Counted from the stretch's first letter, positions 1 to 9,796 are shown. The stretch: DNA of 64,000 nt from Patescibacteria group bacterium (GCA_041738615.1 JBGSPL010000001.1:226164-290163); one strand, 5' to 3'. Made by a program: numbers and translations. The notes: generated from the letters alone by a model not told the origin.

Positions 1-1055
1 ACCGTAAAGTTACCCAGATCATCTACCGGCATATAGAAATCAATTCCATGTTTTCTGGCTACGATATTATCTTCTACACCAAAAGCAGGGGCTGTATGCA
101 CTATACCTGTACCGTCGACAGTAGTTACGTGATCGCCATCTATGACCACAAATGCCTTTTTGGGGTTCCTGTAAAAGTTAAATACGGGCTTGTAGGCTAT
201 CCCGACAAGGTCTTTACCAATGAATTTATCAGTAACTCTAAAATCACCGAGTTCAGTTGCGTAGGACTCAAGTCTTTCGCTCGCGAGAATAAATTTACCA
301 CCCCCAGTTTCCACCTTCACATATTCAATCTTTGGTCCTACGGAAAGAGCAAGATTGCCAGGTAGAGTCCAAGGAGTTGTTGTCCAGGCAAGAAAATATG
401 TACTGGGTTCATCTACAAGCTCAAATTTGACCGTAACAGCCTTGTCGCGCTTGTCTTTGTAGCCTTGACCGACTTCAAAGTTTGATAGAGGGGTAGCACA
501 GCGTGGACAATATGGCATTACTTTATGTCCCTCATACGCTAAGTCCTTCTTGTGAAGCTCAGAAAAGGCCCACCAGACGCTTTCCATAAACTCTGGGTTC
601 ATTGTGAGGTACGCGTTTTCCATATCAATCCAGCGGCCAGTACGGGCAACTATCTTCTGCCACTCCTCAGCATAGTTAAGCACCTTAGAACGGCACAATT
701 CATTGAATTTATCGATACCCAGCTCTTCGACTTGATCCTTAGTTTTGATATCGAGTTCTTGCTCAACAATGTTTTCGATAGGTAGTCCGTGGGTGTCCCA
801 GCCCCAGATGCGTTCTACTCGGTAACCTTGCATCGATTTATAACGAGGTATCACGTCTTTAATTGTACCTGCAAGTAGATGTCCATAGTGAGGAAGTCCG
901 GTTGCAAAAGGAGGGCCATCATAAAAGGAGAACGATTTATCTTCGGATTTCTCAGAAACAGATTTCTCGAAAATATGATTATCGTTCCAGTATTTCAGGT
1001 TTGCGGTTTCTAGCTTTGGAAAATTTTGTTTCGGGTCTACCCTCTTCATTGCCAT
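1..1055 (-). CDS. ileS: Isoleucyl-tRNA synthetase, IleRS2 type (runs off the window start)
   Basis: Manual translation MAMKRVDPKQNFPKLE...FYDGPPFATGLPHYGHLLAGTIKD...WGWDTHGLPIE. HIGH-like HYGH motif. SD GGAG upstream. Not in the ORF track because it is truncated by the window. Confidence 0.93.
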   Translation of the reverse strand, partial: MAMKRVDPKQNFPKLETANLKYWNDNHIFEKSVSEKSEDKSFSFYDGPPFATGLPHYGHLLAGTIKDVIPRYKSMQGYRVERIWGWDTHGLPIENIVEQELDIKTKDQVEELGIDKFNELCRSKVLNYAEEWQKIVARTGRWIDMENAYLTMNPEFMESVWWAFSELHKKDLAYEGHKVMPYCPRCATPLSNFEVGQGYKDKRDKAVTVKFELVDEPSTYFLAWTTTPWTLPGNLALSVGPKIEYVKVETGGGKFILASERLESYATELGDFRVTDKFIGKDLVGIAYKPVFNFYRNPKKAFVVIDGDHVTTVDGTGIVHTAPAFGVEDNIVARKHGIDFYMPVDDLGNFT

Positions 1056-1074
1056 ACCTACTCCTATACAACAA

Positions 1075-1225
1075 AAACCACACTGCCTCAGGTGCCCTCT
1101 CGGGCGGTACCAACCTGATTCTGTGTGGATACTTACTTACTGACATTACGCTGTCACGGCGCCGAGGTCTATTAGGCCGAAGCTGTTCTTCTCGGGGCTC
1201 GCGGGTGATAACCGCTCATTCGCCT
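1075..1225 (-). promoter_or_regulatory. T-box riboswitch with ultrashort Stem I and Ile specifier (AUC)
   Basis: GCGAATGAGCGGTT-ATC-ACCCGCGAGC stem I. Stem II with GAAGAAC/AATAGA S-turn-like motifs. Antiterminator-type fold CAGGT-TGGTACC-GCCC(GAGA)GGGC-ACCTG at about 1089-1117. Confidence 0.85.
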
Positions 1226-1287
1226 TGTAGGTATTTTAGTACAAAAATCTATAAATTACTACCAGTTTAATGTAAAATACCCTGGCT

Positions 1288-2604
1288 ATGGAAACCAAGC
1301 TAAGTAAAAACGAAACCTACGAAGTTGTAATTGAAAAAATCGTTCCTGAGGGAAAGTCACTTGCTCACATCGAAGGCAAGGTTATTTTTGTTAATGGTGG
1401 CTTCCCTGGGGAAAGGGTCACTGTACAAATCTACAAGAACAAGAAGGGCTACTCAGAAGCCAGACTTGTTGAAATTTTAGAAGCCTCCAAGATACGAATT
1501 AAACCCCAAGAGGAGCACTATTTGATATGTTCTCCTTGGCAGGCAATCCCCTACGAGCAGCAAATCGTTTTCAAAAAAGAGATTCTGGATGAAGCCTTTA
1601 TGGCAAATGCAGGAACCAAATTAAAGTTAGACGAATTCTATGAGTCAAAAGAAGAGTATGGATACCGAACCAAGTTAGAGTTTAGCTTTACCGAAAACGC
1701 CGACGGTAAAATTGCACTCGCCTTTCACAAACGCGGAGTCAACAACGAGTACGAAATCATCGAAGGCTGCGAACTAGGCTCTGAAAGGATGAACCTCGCA
1801 GCCCAGAAGATTACAGCACTTCTGAATACCACTCCAGGAGTTGTAGCCAAGGGGCTAAAGAGCTTGGTGATTCGCGAGAGCAAAACTACCGGGAAAATCA
1901 TTGCCGTCCTCTACTATAAATTTAAAGAGTTTGAGATAGGAATTAGACTAGCCGACCTTGGTGGCTCGGTGGATAGCTTATTTATTGCCTACTCTACAAT
2001 CAAGTCTCCAATGTCTGTTATCACTGAGCTCAAACACTCAGAAGGTGAGGAATACCTTGAGGAAAAGGTTCTTACGGCTTCTATTCGTTACCCATACGAC
2101 GGTTTCTTCCAAAATAACCTGCCGGTATTCGAGAAAGCTCTAGAAGAAATTCGTAATGCCTCTTACGAGTGCAAGAAAATCGTCGAGATCTACAGTGGGA
2201 CGGGTTCCATCGGGTTCAATCTAGCCGACATGGCAGAGGAACTGGTAGGTATAGAAATTGTACCTTCTGCGGTGCGTTACGCGGGTGTAAACAAGGACCT
2301 AAACAAAATAACCAACTATTCGGAGATCGAGTTACCCGACCACAAGATTCAAACTGAGCATCTCGCAGGCACTGATATTTTGATTTTGGACCCGCCAAGA
2401 GCCGGGGTGCACCCCAAGACGCTCAGGCATATTCTTGAAGCTAAACCAAAACGGATTATCTACCTTTCTTGCAATCCAGTGACCCAAGCTCGAGACTTCA
2501 AAGAGCTAAAAGAACTTTACAATCTTTCTAGGGTTTGCGCTTTCGACTTTTACCCAAATACCCTACATATGGAGTCTCTGGTTATTTTAGACATCAAGGA
2601 TTGA
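1288..2604 (+). CDS. rlmD: 23S rRNA m5U methyltransferase, RlmD/TrmA family
   Basis: N-terminal TRAM domain, FFQNN, YSGTGSIG SAM motif, LDPPRAG, YLSCNP, DFYPNTLHME. Confidence 0.85.
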   Translation: METKLSKNETYEVVIEKIVPEGKSLAHIEGKVIFVNGGFPGERVTVQIYKNKKGYSEARLVEILEASKIRIKPQEEHYLICSPWQAIPYEQQIVFKKEILDEAFMANAGTKLKLDEFYESKEEYGYRTKLEFSFTENADGKIALAFHKRGVNNEYEIIEGCELGSERMNLAAQKITALLNTTPGVVAKGLKSLVIRESKTTGKIIAVLYYKFKEFEIGIRLADLGGSVDSLFIAYSTIKSPMSVITELKHSEGEEYLEEKVLTASIRYPYDGFFQNNLPVFEKALEEIRNASYECKKIVEIYSGTGSIGFNLADMAEELVGIEIVPSAVRYAGVNKDLNKITNYSEIELPDHKIQTEHLAGTDILILDPPRAGVHPKTLRHILEAKPKRIIYLSCNPVTQARDFKELKELYNLSRVCAFDFYPNTLHMESLVILDIKD

Positions 2605-2636
2605 GTACGTTTGTATAAACTATTTGCTCAAAGGCT

Positions 2637-2894
2637 TCAAAGTAATTTCGAAACCACCGCAATTAGAATTTCTATTATGAAATAGATCACCAGCGGGGAA
2701 AGGTCAATTACTCCACCAAGTGGTGGGATAACCTTTCTTAACGGTGCCAGAATCGGCTCTGTGGCATTGAAGACGAAAAGCCGAAGACGCATTAGGCTCG
2801 CTGGTAGGAAGCTGAGGATTATTCTTGCAAAGAGCAGAGCAAGAAGTGCGTTTGAAAGCAAATATAGGAAGTTAAGGACGTACTCCTTATACAT
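2637..2894 (-). CDS. YggT family membrane protein
   Basis: TEPILAPLRKVIPPLGGVIDLSP signature. Confidence 0.9.
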   Translation of the reverse strand: MYKEYVLNFLYLLSNALLALLFARIILSFLPASLMRLRLFVFNATEPILAPLRKVIPPLGGVIDLSPLVIYFIIEILIAVVSKLL

Positions 2895-3147
2895 TTCCTG
2901 CCTTGTATCTCACTTCAGAAAGCGCGGGCACACTCCCCTGCCAGAGCTCGATGTAAACTCCATTGTCGGTAGTTACAAGTACTGCGGGCGCGCTGTAAAT
3001 GTCATAAAGCTCTATCAGTCCCTGTGAATCCTCTGCTTCCCATTCCAGCTGAGTCACCAAGTACCCTTCAGCAGATAGATCCTCGCCAAGCCGCGTTGCC
3101 TCTCGGCTTTCTGGGCTTTCATCTCTTGTTAGTATACTCACTTTCAT
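2887..3147 (-). CDS. Small hypothetical protein, possibly thioredoxin-like fold without CxxC
   Basis: Closely packed between glmS and yggT. YDIYSAPAVLV resembles the Trx cis-Pro strand. Confidence 0.55.
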   Translation of the reverse strand: MKVSILTRDESPESREATRLGEDLSAEGYLVTQLEWEAEDSQGLIELYDIYSAPAVLVTTDNGVYIELWQGSVPALSEVRYKAGNV

Positions 3148-3149
3148 CG

Positions 3150-4973
3150 TTACTCCACCGTTACACTTTTGGCCAAATTTCTTGGCTTATCTACATCCAA
3201 TCCCTTAGCTACCGCAACATAGTATGCAAAGAGCTGGAGCGGTGCTACGGCGAGCAGCGGTGTTAGCATTTCGAGCGTCTTTGGGATATAGATTACATCG
3301 TCAGCCACTCTAGCTGCTTCTTGTGCTCCTTCTGTTGTAATTGCTATTACCCTACCGCTGCGGGCCTTAATCTCTTCGACATTAGAGATGTTTTTCTCGT
3401 AAACGCTGTCCTCTGGAATGATAGCAAAGGTCGGAAAATCTTTGTCGATTAGAGCTATCGGTCCATGCTTCATCTCCCCAGAAGCATAACCCTCGGCATG
3501 GATATACGAAATCTCTTTAAGCTTCAGGGCACCCTCTTCTGCGAGAGGGAAGCAATACTTGCGTCCGAGGTACATAAAGTGGTCGTAATCTTTGTACTTA
3601 AGAGCCAACTTCTCAATTTGCTTCGTGTTCTTGAGTACTGCGCTGAGCAGCTCTGGCAGCTCTAAAAGCTCGGTGAGAATTTTGTTACCCATCACCTGGC
3701 TCATTCCGCGCTGTCTGCCGAGCATCACGGCAATGAGGACCATTACGGTGAGCTGCGAAGTAAATGCCTTTGTTGATGCGACAGCTATCTCGGGGCCGGC
3801 ATGGTTGTAGACACCGGCATCTGTCTCGCGTGCAATGGTGGAACCTACTGCATTTACGATACCTAGAGTTAGAGCACCTTTCTTCTTCGCCTCTCTAATT
3901 GCCGCTAATGTGTCCACAGTTTCGCCAGATTGACTAACCGCAAGCACAATTGTGCGTTCGTTAATTATAGGTTTTCGATAGCGAAATTCGGAGGCATACT
4001 CCACTTCCACGGGGATACCGGCATATTCTTCAAAGATGTATTCCCCCACCATTCCTGCATAACGTGCTGTACCACAGGCAATAATGATAATTCGATCTAT
4101 ATCCCGCAGTCTTTCGCGAACATCTTCGAGTCCACCGAGCTTTACGTCGCCTTCCTCAAGTAGGATCCTGCCTCTTGTGGAGTTTTTGATTACCTCTGGC
4201 TGTTCCATAATCTCCTTGAGCATGAAATGGTCGTATCCACCGCGCTCGGACTCCTCGAGTGTCCATTCAATCTCGGACAAACTCCCGTCTATTGGGTTCT
4301 TCTCTGTGTCATAGAGCTTATAGCCATCTTTGTTGATGTCCACGATCTCGCCGTCGTTTAAGTAGATCACCTTATTGGTGTGCCCGACAAAAGCGGAGGC
4401 ATCAGAGGCCACGAAGAACTCATTGGCACCAACACCGAAGATCAACGGACTTCCCATCCTCGCCGCCACAATCCGCTCTGGTTCATCAGCGTGGATTACT
4501 GCAATACCGTATGCGCCCCTAACTTCCAAAAGCGCTGCTTGGACTGCCTCGAGCAAATCACCGGAGTACAGTTTCCCGATAAGGTGAGCTAGCACCTCTG
4601 TATCAGTTTCTGACTTGAAATGATGCCCTTCAGCAAGCAACTGCTGCTTGATCTCTTGATAATTCTCAATGATACCGTTGTGAACAAGCGCAATCTTCCC
4701 GTCCTCTGACAGATGAGGATGAGCATTACCTTCTGTCGGTTCCCCATGGGTAGCCCAGCGTGTATGACTAATCCCTACGGTGGCCTTACCCCCTGTCTTC
4801 AGCTTCTTTTCGAGCTCCGCGATTCTGCCCACTGCCCTTACCACCCTGACTTCGCCCGATTCTACGACTGCTATACCGGCCGAATCATAACCCCTGTATT
4901 CCAGCCTCTTTAATCCTTCGAGTAATATATCGTTAACGTTCTTTCTCCCGACATAACCGACAATACCGCACAT
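3150..4973 (-). CDS. glmS: Glutamine-fructose-6-phosphate transaminase
   Basis: MCGIVG N-terminus, HTRWATHG, SQSGET, C-terminal PRNLAKSVTVE. Confidence 0.98.
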   Translation of the reverse strand: MCGIVGYVGRKNVNDILLEGLKRLEYRGYDSAGIAVVESGEVRVVRAVGRIAELEKKLKTGGKATVGISHTRWATHGEPTEGNAHPHLSEDGKIALVHNGIIENYQEIKQQLLAEGHHFKSETDTEVLAHLIGKLYSGDLLEAVQAALLEVRGAYGIAVIHADEPERIVAARMGSPLIFGVGANEFFVASDASAFVGHTNKVIYLNDGEIVDINKDGYKLYDTEKNPIDGSLSEIEWTLEESERGGYDHFMLKEIMEQPEVIKNSTRGRILLEEGDVKLGGLEDVRERLRDIDRIIIIACGTARYAGMVGEYIFEEYAGIPVEVEYASEFRYRKPIINERTIVLAVSQSGETVDTLAAIREAKKKGALTLGIVNAVGSTIARETDAGVYNHAGPEIAVASTKAFTSQLTVMVLIAVMLGRQRGMSQVMGNKILTELLELPELLSAVLKNTKQIEKLALKYKDYDHFMYLGRKYCFPLAEEGALKLKEISYIHAEGYASGEMKHGPIALIDKDFPTFAIIPEDSVYEKNISNVEEIKARSGRVIAITTEGAQEAARVADDVIYIPKTLEMLTPLLAVAPLQLFAYYVAVAKGLDVDKPRNLAKSVTVE

Positions 4974-5041
4974 CTTTGGCTCCTTATTACAACTTTTATT
5001 CTAACACAAAAGGAGCGCTCTTTTTAAGCGCTCCTTGGTAG

Positions 5042-5977
5042 TTAATACGTGGCGATTTCCAAATTCGTAAGTCCTGATCTTAATGTAATGTCATATTTGG
5101 AAAGACTAGACTCATAGTTGGCACTTTTCTTTTCCATCTCCCCGTTTACAACCTGGGAACCGCCAGGAAAGCTAATGTTGGTAAGACCGCTATTCGAGAC
5201 TGCCCTGTACCCCACATCCTTAGGAACCAGGAGTTTGTAATTTGAAGCGCCACTTTCAATCTCTATCTTGTGAGCGCCATTTTCGGACCCCAGTCTGATC
5301 TGCGAGTTCACAGCTCCGGACTTGACTACTAACTTTTCTAATCTGGCTTTACTAAAATCGAGTTTTTCATTTGCAGCACCGCTGCGCAAAGTAACCGTTA
5401 GGGGCAAATTTCGATTGACTAAGATTTTTACGCTCCGTTTGGATACGTTCCTCGGTATTACAAGAGGGTCAAAGTCTGCCCTTCTGCTGCCCTTATCAAT
5501 TTCTGAGATTACTAACTTTGCCACTCCATCGGTAATGTCCCTACTTACACTGATGCTACCAGTCAAGTTTCTACCCTCGACAAAAACATCGTCAACTAAG
5601 CTTTGCTCTTCTGTCATCTCGTGGACATCCAGAGCCACTGCGCCGGTGTCCACAGTGAGTTCAATTCTTTTTTCGAGAGCTTCCAATCTCGTCTGAGTAG
5701 TTTGTACGGTGTCCTTTTGATTGGTACCCACCAAGCCCAGCTGTGAAGGTTGGTACAAGGCGGCTGCAAAAGTTCCTACTAGGACCAAAAAGCCAACCGC
5801 GGCAAAAACCCAGCGGTCTTTGAGGATGAAATTTAAACCGAGAAGGATTAATGCCACTGGCCAAAGAGTAATTAGCACAACTAGTGCGCTCTCTGATACA
5901 TAGCCACCTGAGACAGCCAGGTATGTGCATCCTAGTAATATCCAGAAAATTCCCCAGAGAAGTCTTCCTGATTTCAT
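5042..5977 (-). CDS. Membrane-anchored DUF5668/LiaF-like protein with beta-rich C-terminal domain
   Basis: N-terminal TM helices with LWPVALILLG, followed by repeated xSGAxx beta motifs. Confidence 0.6.
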   Translation of the reverse strand: MKSGRLLWGIFWILLGCTYLAVSGGYVSESALVVLITLWPVALILLGLNFILKDRWVFAAVGFLVLVGTFAAALYQPSQLGLVGTNQKDTVQTTQTRLEALEKRIELTVDTGAVALDVHEMTEEQSLVDDVFVEGRNLTGSISVSRDITDGVAKLVISEIDKGSRRADFDPLVIPRNVSKRSVKILVNRNLPLTVTLRSGAANEKLDFSKARLEKLVVKSGAVNSQIRLGSENGAHKIEIESGASNYKLLVPKDVGYRAVSNSGLTNISFPGGSQVVNGEMEKKSANYESSLSKYDITLRSGLTNLEIATY

Positions 5978-5985
5978 AAACGCTC

Positions 5986-6216
5986 CTACCTGTTAAAACT
6001 CCTAAGCACGAGGGACAAGCCAAGAACTATCAAGACGCCTGGCCAGAAGTACTGCCAAAGATTTATATCCACAAATGACTCTGCGACGAGTATGCCCCCT
6101 ATAGAGATAAGGACAAGGCCCCAAAAGACGCCCCCCCGGTCACTTTTCCGTTCGATACGAAAGTTGCTCTCTCCTACGACTTCTGCTTCTACTGTTTCCG
6201 TTTTTTTTGTAGCCAT
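5986..6216 (-). CDS. Small LiaI/LiaF-like membrane protein
   Basis: GGVFWGLVLI...WQYFWPGVLIVLG. Confidence 0.6.
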   Translation of the reverse strand: MATKKTETVEAEVVGESNFRIERKSDRGGVFWGLVLISIGGILVAESFVDINLWQYFWPGVLIVLGLSLVLRSFNR

Positions 6217-6225
6217 GCAGTCCTC

Positions 6226-6672
6226 CTATTTCTTTTTTAATGAGTTTGCCAAAATAACTGCCCCGATAAGGATTATCCCTACTGGCCAAATAAATCTTGC
6301 GATTGAAACGCCCAGAATAGTTCGCACTAGAAGCAAGGTGCCAAGTAGCAATATCAGGACTCCGACCCAAGCGGCCACGTCATTATTTTCGACTTGAATA
6401 CCTTTTGCGGCGTTCTTTATATCTGACGCCACCCTATCTGCTTGCGCCTTGATCTCATCTGCGCCAGTCGCTCCATTTTTGCATTTAGGATCCTGCGGTA
6501 TTAGCAACCAGGCAGCAACATACGCTAGAAAACCAAATCCCGTCGTCAGAATAACGAGTGCAAAAATTAGACGAGTTAGCGACGGGTCAAAGTCATAATA
6601 TTCAGCGACTCCTGCTGCCACCCCACCCAAAACTTTATTGTCGCAAGATCTGTATAATGTTTTTGTAGCCAT
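6226..6672 (-). CDS. pspC: PspC domain membrane protein
   Basis: LYRS...KVLGGVAAGVAEY...D..L.R...AY..AWLLIP. Confidence 0.85.
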   Translation of the reverse strand: MATKTLYRSCDNKVLGGVAAGVAEYYDFDPSLTRLIFALVILTTGFGFLAYVAAWLLIPQDPKCKNGATGADEIKAQADRVASDIKNAAKGIQVENNDVAAWVGVLILLLGTLLLVRTILGVSIARFIWPVGIILIGAVILANSLKKK

Positions 6673-6717
6673 ATATCCAAGCTCCTTATTTATCTTTGTG
6701 TAGCTATATTATACACC

Positions 6718-7422
6718 CTATCCCAAGTTATCGTGAACAACCACCTTGGTGACATATCTTTCCATGATCTTGGCGATCTCTCCGAGTTCCTCTAACGTGA
6801 AAGCTTGCTTCGTCTCTAGGTTTTTATCATAAGTGATTTTGGAGCGAAACCCCTGCACTGTGTAACGCTTTGCGCCGCGCAGTAGTTCACCAACTTTGTG
6901 GAAATCCGATATCTCGTGGTAGTGAGGCAAGACGGTAGTTCGGAAATCGTAATCGATACCAGAGTTCATAATCAGTGAGATACTTCGTTTGATGCCAGAG
7001 GTACTTTTGTATCCACAAATCTTTTCATAACTTTCAAGTGGCCCCTTGATGTCCATAGCGATGTAGTCTACCAAGTTCTCAGAAATCGCAGATTTTAACA
7101 TATCTGGATTGGAACCGTTTGTATCCAGCTTTACCAGTAGCCCCTTGTCTTTGATCTTCCGCATAAACTCGAGTAGGTCGGGTTGGAGCATCGGCTCACC
7201 TCCCGTAATCACCACTCCGTCTAGCTTCCCTGCCCTCTTATCTAAAAGGTCGAGTATTTGCTGCTCCGGGTACTCGTTGCTCCTCGCAGCCCACTCGATA
7301 GGGATCAGATCCGGATTATGGCAAAACCCACAACGAAAGTTGCAGCCCTGTGTGAACACAACGGCTGCAACTTTGCCGGGGTAGTCAATAAGACTTGTTT
7401 TGACTAATCCCGCGATTTTCAT
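6718..7422 (-). CDS. nrdG: Anaerobic ribonucleotide reductase activating enzyme (radical SAM)
   Basis: SLIDYPG, GCNFRCGFCHNP (CxxxCxxC), ITGGEP, KLDTNG. Downstream of nrdD. Confidence 0.92.
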   Translation of the reverse strand: MKIAGLVKTSLIDYPGKVAAVVFTQGCNFRCGFCHNPDLIPIEWAARSNEYPEQQILDLLDKRAGKLDGVVITGGEPMLQPDLLEFMRKIKDKGLLVKLDTNGSNPDMLKSAISENLVDYIAMDIKGPLESYEKICGYKSTSGIKRSISLIMNSGIDYDFRTTVLPHYHEISDFHKVGELLRGAKRYTVQGFRSKITYDKNLETKQAFTLEELGEIAKIMERYVTKVVVHDNLG

Positions 7423-7581
7423 TTACTCACCACATCCGCAAGTGCGGAATTCTACGCGGTCAGCGTACTCGGCCTGTTTGCCCTCGTTCCACTGATTTAC
7501 CGGGCGGATATAACCGACTACTCGAGAGTAGACTTCACATTTTGTTCTTCCGGCCTGAGCTGTTGCCTCTGTTGGTGTCAT
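7423..7581 (-). CDS. Stand-alone NrdD C-terminal glycyl-radical domain protein (52 aa)
   Basis: Manual translation MTPTEATAQAGRTKCEVYSRVVGYIRPVNQWNEGKQAEYADRVEFRTCGCGE. SD GGAGG. Stop abuts the nrdG start. Confidence 0.9.
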   Translation of the reverse strand: MTPTEATAQAGRTKCEVYSRVVGYIRPVNQWNEGKQAEYADRVEFRTCGCGE

Positions 7582-7643
7582 AATGTCCTCCTTTTTACCC
7601 GTCCGTAGCCTTGGCGCGAGCGGGTTGTTTTTGTTATCTAATG

Positions 7644-9758
7644 TTAATTAATTGCTGGTACTTTGTCGATGCTTAGTTGTTCTACGTAGCCTGTTTCCTG
7701 ATCACATATTGGGCAGAAGACGTGTTCACCCTTAAGATATCCGTGCTTCGGGCAGACCGAGAAGGTTGGTGAAAGGGTGAAGTATGGTAGATGGTAGCCC
7801 TCTGCGACCTTGCGCACCAAGCTTTTAACCGCTTCGATGTCATCTAGCCTCTCACCCATAAAGATATGCAGTACGGTTCCTCCGGTATATTTGGTCTGTA
7901 GTCCATCCTGAAGGTCTAGGGCCTCAAAGACGTCCTCTGTGAACCCTACGGGGAGCTGTGTTGAATTGGTATAGTAAGGCTTGGCTTCCATTCCCTTATA
8001 CGCTGGCATGTTTGCTACCTCGATATCCTGATATTGCTCGGTGTCGCGCTTGGCGAAACGGTAGGTAGTGCCTTCCCCTGGTGTGGCTTCTAGATTATAA
8101 ATGTGTCCGGTTTCTTCCTGATAGTTCGCGATACGGTCTCTCATGTAGTCCATTACCTTAACGGCGAATTCGTGGCCCTTCTTGGTGGTAATGTCTTCTT
8201 CTTTACCCAAGAAGTTTTTGATCGACTCGTTCATCCCCAGAAGTCCGATTGTAGAGAAGTGATTTTCCCAATACTTACCAAAGCGTTTCTTCACGTCTGC
8301 TAGGTAGATTCTGGCAAATGGGTAGAGGCCCATATCCATATAGCGTTCAAGGTTCTTACGCTTGATTTCCAGAGACTCCTTGGAGAGATCCATGAGGTGT
8401 GCGAGCTGGTCGAAATACTCTTTCTCACTCTTTGCGTTGTAGCCAAGGCGTGGCATATTGATCGTTACTACACCGATACTCCCTGTCAGTGGGTTGGCTC
8501 CGAAGAGACCACCGCCACGTTTGCGCAGTTCTCTGTTATCGAGACGAAGTCGGCAGCACATGCTGCGGGCATCGTCTGGGCTCATATCAGAATTGATAAA
8601 GTTCGAGAAGTAAGGGATCCCGTATTTTGCTGCCATTTCCCAGATAGGATCCAGGCTCTTGTCGTCCCAGTTGAAGTCCTTGGTGATATTGTAGGTTGGG
8701 ATTGGGAAGGAGAAGATGCGTCCGCTAGCGTCGCCCTCTAGCATTACCTCAGCGAATGCCTTGTTTACCATGTCCATCTCTGCCTGGAAATCCTTGTACT
8801 TTTCTTTCTGTGGCTTACCACCAATAATGACGTTCTCTTCTGCCTGCTGCCCAGTAGGGATGAGGTCCATGGTGATATTCGTAAATGGTGTCTGAAAGCC
8901 TACTCTTGTCGGGATATTCATCCCGAAAACGAACTCTTGCATCGCCTGTTTTACTTGCTCGTAAGTAAGCTTATCGTAGCGGACATATGGTGCGACTAGG
9001 GTATCAAAGCTAGATAAAGCTTGCGCCCCTGCGCTCTCGCCTTGCATAGTATACATAAAGTTTACAACCTGGTTCAGGAGGGCCTTGAAGTGTTTTGCTG
9101 GCTTCGAGTTGATCTTGCCTGGGACACCACCAAAACCTTTGATCATCAGGTCTTTTAAGTCCCAACCGCAGCAGTATGTTGCTAGGAATCCCAGGTCGTG
9201 TATGTGAAAATCAGCGTTTTTGTGAGCCTCTCGGATCTCTGCCGGGTACATCTTGTTTAGCCAATAACGTTCGGTAATCTGTGCTGCAATGAAGTTGTTT
9301 AAACCCTGAAGGCTATAGGTCATGTTGGAGTTTTCTTTGACGTACCATGTATCTTCGCCCAGGTAGTCTTCCATCATCTTGTCACTGTCGAGTAGTTTGG
9401 TCTGGCGTAGCTCCTCGTGCTGCTTACGATAGATAATGTAGGCCTTTGCTGCTTCCTCGAAGACAGAGTCCATGAGTACATGCTCTACAACGTCCTGAAT
9501 TTTTTCGACTGTAGGGAGATGGTTTGCGTCGAACTGCCTGTTTAGAATGTCCACGACCTTCTGGGCCATCTTCTCAGCAACTTCGTGGCCATACTCGTGA
9601 GTAGCTTCACCGGCCTTCTCGAGCGCTCGTACGATTCGCTCTGGCTCAAACTTCGTAAGCGTACCATCACGCTTCTCAACCTTGGTAAACTTCTTCTTTG
9701 CCAGATGCTTCTTAGATAAACCTAGCTGCTCTTGCTGAATTTCATCGGTTACGGCCAT
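7644..9758 (-). CDS. nrdD: Class III ribonucleoside-triphosphate reductase with ATP-cone, lacking the glycyl-radical tail
   Basis: VEKRDG ATP-cone, FHIHDL, SMCCRL, EATPGEG, YYTNS, CPKH...CPIC Zn site. Confidence 0.95.
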   Translation of the reverse strand: MAVTDEIQQEQLGLSKKHLAKKKFTKVEKRDGTLTKFEPERIVRALEKAGEATHEYGHEVAEKMAQKVVDILNRQFDANHLPTVEKIQDVVEHVLMDSVFEEAAKAYIIYRKQHEELRQTKLLDSDKMMEDYLGEDTWYVKENSNMTYSLQGLNNFIAAQITERYWLNKMYPAEIREAHKNADFHIHDLGFLATYCCGWDLKDLMIKGFGGVPGKINSKPAKHFKALLNQVVNFMYTMQGESAGAQALSSFDTLVAPYVRYDKLTYEQVKQAMQEFVFGMNIPTRVGFQTPFTNITMDLIPTGQQAEENVIIGGKPQKEKYKDFQAEMDMVNKAFAEVMLEGDASGRIFSFPIPTYNITKDFNWDDKSLDPIWEMAAKYGIPYFSNFINSDMSPDDARSMCCRLRLDNRELRKRGGGLFGANPLTGSIGVVTINMPRLGYNAKSEKEYFDQLAHLMDLSKESLEIKRKNLERYMDMGLYPFARIYLADVKKRFGKYWENHFSTIGLLGMNESIKNFLGKEEDITTKKGHEFAVKVMDYMRDRIANYQEETGHIYNLEATPGEGTTYRFAKRDTEQYQDIEVANMPAYKGMEAKPYYTNSTQLPVGFTEDVFEALDLQDGLQTKYTGGTVLHIFMGERLDDIEAVKSLVRKVAEGYHLPYFTLSPTFSVCPKHGYLKGEHVFCPICDQETGYVEQLSIDKVPAIN

Positions 9759-9796
9759 TTCGAATTTCCCCTCTCCCTGTTTTTTGCTTATTTTTA

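Noticed and set aside
48-1270. Plus-strand ORFs at 48-365, 552-785 and 863-1270
   Set aside because: Antisense to ileS and its T-box leader.
4974-5041. glmS ribozyme upstream of glmS
   Set aside because: Only 68 bp of intergenic sequence with one terminator-like hairpin and no ribozyme core.
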